From: Octopus sinensis
Taxonomy: Eukaryota
Direction: 5' to 3'
Assembly (NCBI RefSeq): GCF_006345805.1
Contig: NC_043002.1
Coordinates: forward strand, 78,678,001-78,742,000
Length of the DNA stretch: 64,000 nucleotides
The position numbers and the translations under genes are program-made. Below, piece by piece: positions 56,601 to 64,000 of this stretch (its first letter is position 1; each line of letters starts with the position of its first letter). The notes below the pieces were generated by a model. That model worked only from the letters and a program-made list of their open reading frames with translations, was not told the origin of the DNA and did not search any database.

Positions 56601-56926
56601 AGAGGAACATTAATCGAAATTGAAATCAAATTCGATAACTGGCATCTGTGCTAGTGGAGCACTAAGAGCACCATCCGAGCATGATCGTTGCTAGAACAGC
56701 TAACTGTTTGAGCGTGATTGTTACCAGCATTGCCGTACTGGCACTTGTGCTGGTGTGCAGGTGACACGTAAAATAAAAAAAAAACGATTTTTTGTGGCCG
56801 TTACCAGTACCACCTGACTGGCCCTTGTGCTGGTGGCATGTAAAAGCACCCACTAAACTCTTGGAAAGCGGACGTTAAACAATGATGATGATGATTATTA
56901 TTACTAAAACGCCAGATGTTAAATAA

Positions 56927-58290
56927 GCCTTTAGCATTCAGATTACTGTGGAATGTAATGCTTTATTACTACCATTGTTTAAATAAATCATGCACTATTT
57001 CATATCTTCAAGATTTCAAGGACATCATCATCATCATCATCATCGTTTAATGTCCGTTTTCCGCGCTAGCACGGGTTGGACAGTTCGACCGGGGTCTGGG
57101 GAGCCAGGGGCTGCCCCAGGTTCCAGTCTGGTCTGGCAGTGTTTCTACAGCTGGATGCCCTTCCTAATGCCAACCACTCCGCGAGTGTAGTGGGTGCTTT
57201 TTACGTGCCACCTGCACAGGTGGCAGTGCTGGCATCGGCCACGTTCGGATGGTGCTTTTTATGTGCCACCGGCACAAAAGCCATTCGAGGCAGGGTTGGC
57301 ATTGGTCACGTTCGGATGGTGCTTTTTATGTGCCACCGGCACAGAGCCAGTGGAGGCTGCACTGGCAACGGCCACATTCGGATGGTGCTTTTTATGTGTC
57401 ACCGGCACAGGTATCACAACTACTGTTTCCATTGATATTTGGTTCGATGTTCATGTACATGTACATGCACTTGACTCAACAGGTCTCCTCAAGCACAGCG
57501 AGATGTTCCGGGATCCCACGATCAGTTGGTGCTTTTTATGTGCCACCTGCACAGAAGCCAGTCGAGGCGGTGCTGGTGTTGGCCACGCTCGGATGGTGCT
57601 TTTTATGTGCCACCGGCACAAGAAGCCAGTCGGGGCGGTGCTGGCATCGGCCACGTTCGGATGGTGCTTTTTATGTGCCACCGGCACAGAAGCCATTCGA
57701 GGCAGGGTTGGCATCGGTCACGTTCGGATGGAGCTTTTTATTTGCCACCGGCACAGAAGCCAGTGGAGGCTGCACTGGCAACGGCCACGTTCGGATGGTG
57801 CCTTTTACATGTCACCGGCACAGGTATCACAACTACTGTTTCCATTGATATTTGGTTCGATTCTCATGTACATGTACATGCACTTGACTCAACAGGTCTC
57901 CTCAAGCACAGCGAGATGTTCCGGGATCCCACGATCGGTTGGTGCTTTTTATGTGCCACCGGCACAGAAGCCAGTCGAGGCGGTGCTGGCATCGGCCACG
58001 TTCGGATGGTGCTTTTTATGTGCCACCGGCACAGAAGCCATTCGAGGCGGGGTTGGCATCGGTCACGTTCGGATGGTGCTTTTTATGTTCCACTGGCACA
58101 GAAGCCAGTGGAGGCTGCACTGGCACCGGCCACGTTTGGATGGTGCTTTTTATGTGTCACCGGCACAGACATGATTGTTTATTTTTACTATGACATAGTA
58201 AGGTAGGTATGAGGGGCCAGATCTGGTTTGTTTGAACATAAAACAAGTAGAATATTTGAATCTGATATGGCTGGTTTAAATGCTAAAGGG
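56927..58290. mobile_element. piggyBac-type MITE interrupted by an expanded RTE 3' UTR copy (about 57020-58170, minus strand)
   Basis: (G)CCTTTAGCATT ... AATGCTAAAGGG|TTAA; internal modules with an about 413-bp duplication. Confidence 0.75.
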
Positions 58291-59029
58291 TTAAGTCAGT
58301 GTTGAATCAGCATTGAAATAGGCAGGAGTCAAAATAAGAGTCAACAGCTGTGTCAAAACGTTTCTTATCCTACATTGAAGATTTTATCAATGCATTGAGG
58401 TCTATGGAGTAAGTTTGCTTGTTAGAACCCATTCAACTCCAAGGTATGATATTAAAAACAAACTTAATTTTTCAACCCTACAGGTTGAGTTTAATTTGCT
58501 CCAGCTGTTTACAGCAGTGGACTAGTGTTCTTTAGATTCACATTAGACCTGATCAAACAGACCTATGATCATAAGTATTCCAGCTGGAACCAGCCCATCT
58601 TTTTTTCCAGGTATTGTGTATCTGAGACTACACACACACACATATATAACAGGAAGTAAATTATAAATTACATTTCTTTTGATTGAAAAAGATGAATATA
58701 TATATAGGACTACAGGAGAGAATTGCTCAAACGATATTGAGCCAGAGACACATATCAATAATATAAATTAAGAACAAACATTGAATTCAGGTTAACGAAC
58801 TTTATATATCCACACTTCTATGGCTGGTGCAAAGTCCCTTCCAGACCTAGGGTAATGTGGTGGTGGAACAATACTGTAGACAGATCCATTACAGCAAAGA
58901 AGCAGGCCTGGAAGATCTGGAAGTGTGGGGTGCAGCCGGAAACTGTATCAGATAACCAGAGGGGAAGCTAAGGGACAGGTATATCTAGCCAAGGGGTAAG
59001 CAGAAAAGAAGTTTGCCTATGTTCAGCAC

Positions 59030-61325
59030 CGTGAGGACCAACAAACTGAAGTATTTCGGATTGCAAGACAGTGTGTGAGAGAAAATTGTGATGTCATTGG
59101 AGAGAAATGTGTCCACATAGATGATAGTGCACTTGCTTTTAAAGAGTCTGCAAAGAAAATGGCTTGGAGATGCCATTATGAAAGACTGCTGAACATGGGG
59201 AATGAATGGGAGGAGGAGAGTTTGCTAAATGTTGACCCAACTGAAGGACCGGCTATCTGAATTGACACTACCCAGGTAGATAAAGCAATTAGGAATATGA
59301 AAACAGAGAAAGCCCCTGGCACATCAGGTATCACCACCGAGATGCTTAAAATATCTGGCAGTATGGGTTATGGTCTAGTTACCTGTATTGTAAATCAGGT
59401 GGTTCACGAAGGAGTCACACCCAATGATTAGTGTAACAGCACCATAGTCAACTGATACAAAGGTAAAGCTGATGCCTTAGATAGAAATAATTACAGAGGT
59501 ATCAAATTGTTGGATCAAGTGATGAAAGTTGTGGAGAGAGTCATAGCGCAACTAACCAGGGAGAGAGTTAGTCTAGATGAGATGCAGTTTGGCTTTGTGC
59601 CAGGTAGAAGCACCACTGATGCTATATTTCTGGTAAGGCAACTGCAGGAGAAATACCTAGCAAAAGATAAACCTCTGTACTTGGCTTTTGTTGACTTGGA
59701 AAAAGCTTTTGACAGAATCCCCCAATCCTTTATCTGGTGGTCAATGCGGAAACTAAGGATAGACGAGTGGTTTGTGAGAGCTGTACAAGCCTTGTACAGA
59801 GGTAATACCAGGAAGGTGAGGATAGGCAACAAGTACAGAGTACAAGTAGGGGTTCACCAGGGATTGGTGCTTGTTTATCATAAGCCTCCAGGCAATAACG
59901 GAGAAATTCAAGACAGGCTGCCCCTGGGAGCTCCTCTGTGCTGATGACCTTGCTCTTGTAGCTGAATCACTACCTAAGCTAGAGAAGTTCCAGGTATGGA
60001 AACAAGGTCTAGAATCAAAGGGCCTTACAGTTAACCAAGCAAAAACCAAAGTCACAGTAAGTAGGAAGGCAGACAAATCACAAATCCCCTCAGGTTGATG
60101 ACCCTGTCCAATCTATAGAAAAGGTGTAGGTAAAAACTTCATAAGATGCACATAGTGTAAGCTTTGGACACACAAAAGGTGCAGTAACATCAAAGGAAGG
60201 TTAACAGAGAAACTAACTTTTGTATGTGGAAGGTGCACAGGCATAATAAAAGCTGAGTATATGCAGAAAATAAACTCCATCAACTACCAGGTGGGGTAAG
60301 CCAGAAGTAGTAGATAGCTTCTGGTATCTAGGCAACCAGGCAACCAGGTTAGTAGTGGAGGTGGTTGTTCTGAGAGCATAGCTGTGGGTTAAGATTAAAC
60401 TGGGCAAAGTTCAGTGAGCTCCTACCCCTGCTGGCAACAGAAGGCCTCTCTCTCAGAGGGAAAGGCAGATTATTTGATGCCTGTATGTGAGCAGTTATTC
60501 TGCATGGTAGTGAAATATGGGCTATAACAGCTGAGAATGTGTGTAGGCTTGAAAGAAATGAAGCCAGTATGCTTCGCAGGATGTGCAATGTCAGTGTGCA
60601 TGTTCGACAGAGTGTAAGCATCTTGAGAGAAAAGCTAGGCATAAGAGGAATCATATGTGGTGTCAAGAGAGACGATTGTGCTGGTATGGTCGTGTGATGT
60701 GTAGATGAGGACAGCTGTGTAAAGAAGTGCTGATCTCTCTAACTGTGGAGGGAACCTGTGGTAGAAGTAGACCCAGGAAGACATGGGACAAAGCGGTGAA
60801 GCCTGACCTTCGAACTTTGAACCTCACAGAGGCAATGACTAGTGACTGAGACCTTTGGCGATGTGCTCTGCTTAAGAGGACCCATCAAGCCAAGTGCACC
60901 CGTGCTGGTGGCATGTAAAAAATCACCCTGTGATTGGGCCTCATGGAGGCAAAGTGACTGAGTTCCTTTCGAGCTTTGGGCCTCATGAAACCAAGTGGCC
61001 GAGTTCCTTTCAAGTGTTGGGCTTCATGGAGGCAATGACCAAGACCTTTGGCATAATGTCATGCTTGAGAAGGAGACCCATCAAGCTGAGCAAAATCACA
61101 GTCGTGGCAGATACCAGTGTCACACAAATGGGACCCATGCCAGTGGGACATAAAAGCATCCATTACACTCTTGGAATGGTTGGCATTAGGAAGGGTATTC
61201 AGCCATAGAAAACCATGCCAAATCAAATAGGAGCCTGGCACAGTCTTCCAGCATGCCAGCCCAGTCAAACCGTCCAACTCATGCCAGCATGGACAATGGA
61301 CGTTAAATAATGATGATGATGGTGA
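59030..61325 (+). pseudogene. Older RTE LINE copy, RT region with many stops and frameshifts, 3' UTR and (GAT)n tail
   Basis: YRGIKLLDQVMKV, QFGFVPGRSTTDAIF, LAFVDLEKAFDRIP, LCADDL. Confidence 0.9.
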
Positions 61326-61356
61326 TGATATATATGTGTGTGTGTGTATATATATA

Positions 61357-61590
61357 TCTATATATATAAAACTGAGAATGTGTTTCTGTCTGTCTGTGTG
61401 TTTCCCTAAAACTTGAGAGCTACACAACCAATTTCATTCAAATTTTACACATGCCTTAGGGTCCATGTAGTTTCATGGGCAAAAAAAAATGTTCAACTTC
61501 TTGCCTAGGGCGAGCCCATAGCAATATCATATCTTCTCCACTATTTCAGTATTACGTGTTAAAAGTGAAACGAAAACATCTCTCTATTGT
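61357..61590 (+). mobile_element. Possible non-autonomous Helitron 5' end
   Basis: TCTATATATATAAAACTGAGAATG-(TGTC)n start; no 3' CTRR hairpin found. Confidence 0.45.
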
Positions 61591-61954
61591 ATGTATATGG
61601 ATGTATATATATATATATATATATACTACAAAATATAAAGTTATATCTTGAGATCGTTAGTGACAACAACGCTCAAAATATATAATAGTCTGTTATATAT
61701 AGTAAGTAGTAATTAAATCGTAATATAACAATTAAAAGAAAAAATAGCAATTAAAATTAAGTGTAGGAGTGAATTAGTCCAGATTGAACTGTGTGCATAC
61801 CATTTACTATGTCTGCTAGATTGAATTATATGCTTATAAAGTAGCATTCAGTATCTATGAGAATTTTTGGGAGTACGTAATGTTTGGTCTTTCACATGTA
61901 GCCAGTATGTAATTGTGCATTTGTTTCCGTGTACTATGTGTTGTGTGTAAAAAA

Positions 61955-62034
61955 CATCCTGACGAGGGAAGTGTCAATTTTAAATATATGATGTTTCATA
62001 TTAATTGGCGCAACTCCGAAACGGCCCGTAGATG
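61955..62034 (+). ncRNA. Type I hammerhead ribozyme with extended stem II
   Basis: CAUC CUGACGA G...C GAAA CG-gcc-CG UA GAUG; stem II includes GUGUCAAUU/AAUUGGCGC and AUAUGA/UCAUAU; predicted cleavage after A62030. Confidence 0.8.
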
Positions 62035-62444
62035 ATCTTTTATGTATTTTTGTAAGTGTGTATATTTATCTTCTATGTATTTTTCTCTGGAATTTTAATT
62101 TGTCTTTTTAATATGTCATTGTGTGTTTTATTACCCCAAATTTTTAATTTAACAAATTTATACCAAATGTTTTACGAGTTTAAGCGTAAATTCAAGGTGT
62201 TATATATGCAACATTGATTCTCTTATATATTTATATATCTTTATATGATGTTTATATATTTATATATTACTATATATTTCTTTGCTGGGCTCTCAGAGCT
62301 GGAGCCAGTTATCAAAGCAAAGCATGCAGTTCTGATGCAATACAAGAGTGATTCTTCTACAAAGTCACTTGAAGAACAACACTCAGAAAGGCAAGAAATA
62401 AAATCCATATATATGTGTGTGTGTATGTATATATATATATATAT

Positions 62445-62988
62445 ATATAGTTAAATGAAGGAAAGAAAATAGAGAGTTGAAAGTTAATAATTATATATTA
62501 TCAACAAATTGGTAATCTTTACTTCTTACAGCTGTTTTCATTAATACTCAATAATTTAAGTTACAAATTTGTGCATTAAATTTGCATTAATATCTAGTCT
62601 GCTGGCATGAACTGATAAGTCGGCATGTAACATCATAAGGTACATTTTTTTCTCTAATGAAATTATACTCATAGCATATCAATGTAAATTTAATGCACAA
62701 AATTGTAATTTGATTATTGAGTATTAATGGAAACAGCTGTAAGAAGTAAAGATTACCAATTTACTCTTTTACTCTTTTACTTGTTTCAGTCATTTGACTA
62801 CGGCCATGCTGGAGCACCGCCTTTAGTCGAGCAAATCGACCCCAGGACTTATTCTTTGTAAGCCCAGTACTTATTCTATCGGTTTCTTTTGCCGAACCGC
62901 TAAGTGACGGGGACATAAACACACCAGCATCGGTTGTCAAGCAATGCTAGGGGGACAAACACAGACACACAAACACACACAGACACAA

Positions 62989-63027
<39 letters not shown>

Positions 63028-63250
63028 CGACAGGCTTCTTTCAGTTTCCGTCTACCAAATCCACTCACAAGGCATTGGTCGGCCCGGGGCTATAGCAGAA
63101 GACACTTGCCCAAGATGCCACGCAGTGGGACTGAACCTGGAACCATGTGGTTGGTAAGCAAGCTACTTACCACACAGCCACATTTGTTTATAATAAATAA
63201 TTATTAACTTTCGATTCTCTATTTTCTTTCCTTCATTTAACTGGATATGA
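62445..63250. mobile_element. Long-TIR MITE with nested SINE family 1 (62763-63185, minus strand)
   Basis: Inner arms AAATTGGTAATCTTTACTTCTTACAGCTG / CAGCTGTAAGAAGTAAAGATTACCAATTT; outer arms GTTAAATGAAGGAAAGAAAATAGAG / CTCTATTTTCTTTCCTTCATTTAAC. Confidence 0.8.
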
Positions 63251-63384
63251 ACTATATACTTAATATATTACCAATTGTTTTAAAGGAATTTCATTCCCCA
63301 ATAATACTTGGTATTGAACCAATATTCCCTTGGTTTCCCTTTATGAGGTTAACTTATCCTCTAAGTAAGTAAATAAATAAATAT

Positions 63385-63590
<206 letters not shown>

Positions 63591-63884
63591 ATATGGGTAT
63601 GTAAATATATATGTTGTTGGTCAGTATGTTTCTATCATACTGAGTACAACCTTTAGACCTACCTACATCGTCTTGTGAACATCAAAGCACAAGATAAGAA
63701 ATTTCTTTACGAACAAAACCGTGACATACCCCACTAATAACCCCTACCTTCCACTTACTAAGATTTTAAATACTGGACTATTGATTAGCATAGAACCACA
63801 CAGACACACACACACAGCTTGGTTTCTATCATTTGTTCAACAGACAAAATTTAACTTCTCTTTTTAACAGTTTTCTTTTGCATA

Positions 63885-64000
63885 GCTGTGTGGTTAGAAG
63901 CTTGCTTCTCAACCACATGGTTCTGGGTTCAGTCTTACTGCATGGTACCTTGAGCAAGTGTCTTCTACTATGGCCTCAAGCTGACCAAAGTCTTGTGGGT
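63885..64000 (+). mobile_element. SINE family 1 head, runs off window
   Basis: GCTGTGTGGTTAGAAGC...CCTTGAGCAAGTGTCTTC. Confidence 0.8.

Noticed and set aside
57076-58206. Long overlapping ORFs (up to 326 aa; similar ones at 8951-9505 and 42780-44085)
   Set aside because: They are produced by tandem RTE 3' UTR modules, open in several frames on both strands, with no domain signature.
62245-62454. ORF with coding-looking middle (AGLSELEPVIKAKHAVLMQYKSDSS)
   Set aside because: No clear splice acceptor/donor pair, no homology recognised, and flanked by microsatellites.

Overview
Eukaryotic, AT-rich, microsatellite-rich genomic DNA, most likely a coleoid cephalopod (Octopus); this is inferred from the SINE and RTE repeat families and the gene style. 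The window holds the 3' half of one + strand gene: an alpha-2-macroglobulin-type thioester-containing protein (TEP). I assembled 15 GT-AG exons by hand (3442-55417, about 673 codons, all phases compatible). They encode the GCGEQ thioester, TED, CUB and receptor-binding (MG8) domains, and then an unexpected six-cysteine NTR (netrin/sFRP/TIMP/C345C-like) module reached through 42-nt and 26-nt exons. The introns and 3' flank are packed with mobile DNA: a full-length decayed mariner, RTE LINE fragments and about 18 copies of their (GAT)n-tailed 3' end, three tRNA-derived SINE families, R4/Dong-like restriction-endonuclease LINE fragments in (ATT)n tracts, Penelope-like fragments, piggyBac-type and foldback MITEs, and solo LTRs. 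The most unusual items are an intact ORF1-only (HAL1-like) retroelement with 200-bp 5' monomers inserted in a SINE head with a 16-bp TSD, several hammerhead ribozyme motifs, a 65-bp copy of the thioester exon captured inside a retroelement, and the A2M-NTR domain fusion. All calls are by eye; no searches were run. Repeat boundaries are approximate unless a TSD or TIR is given.
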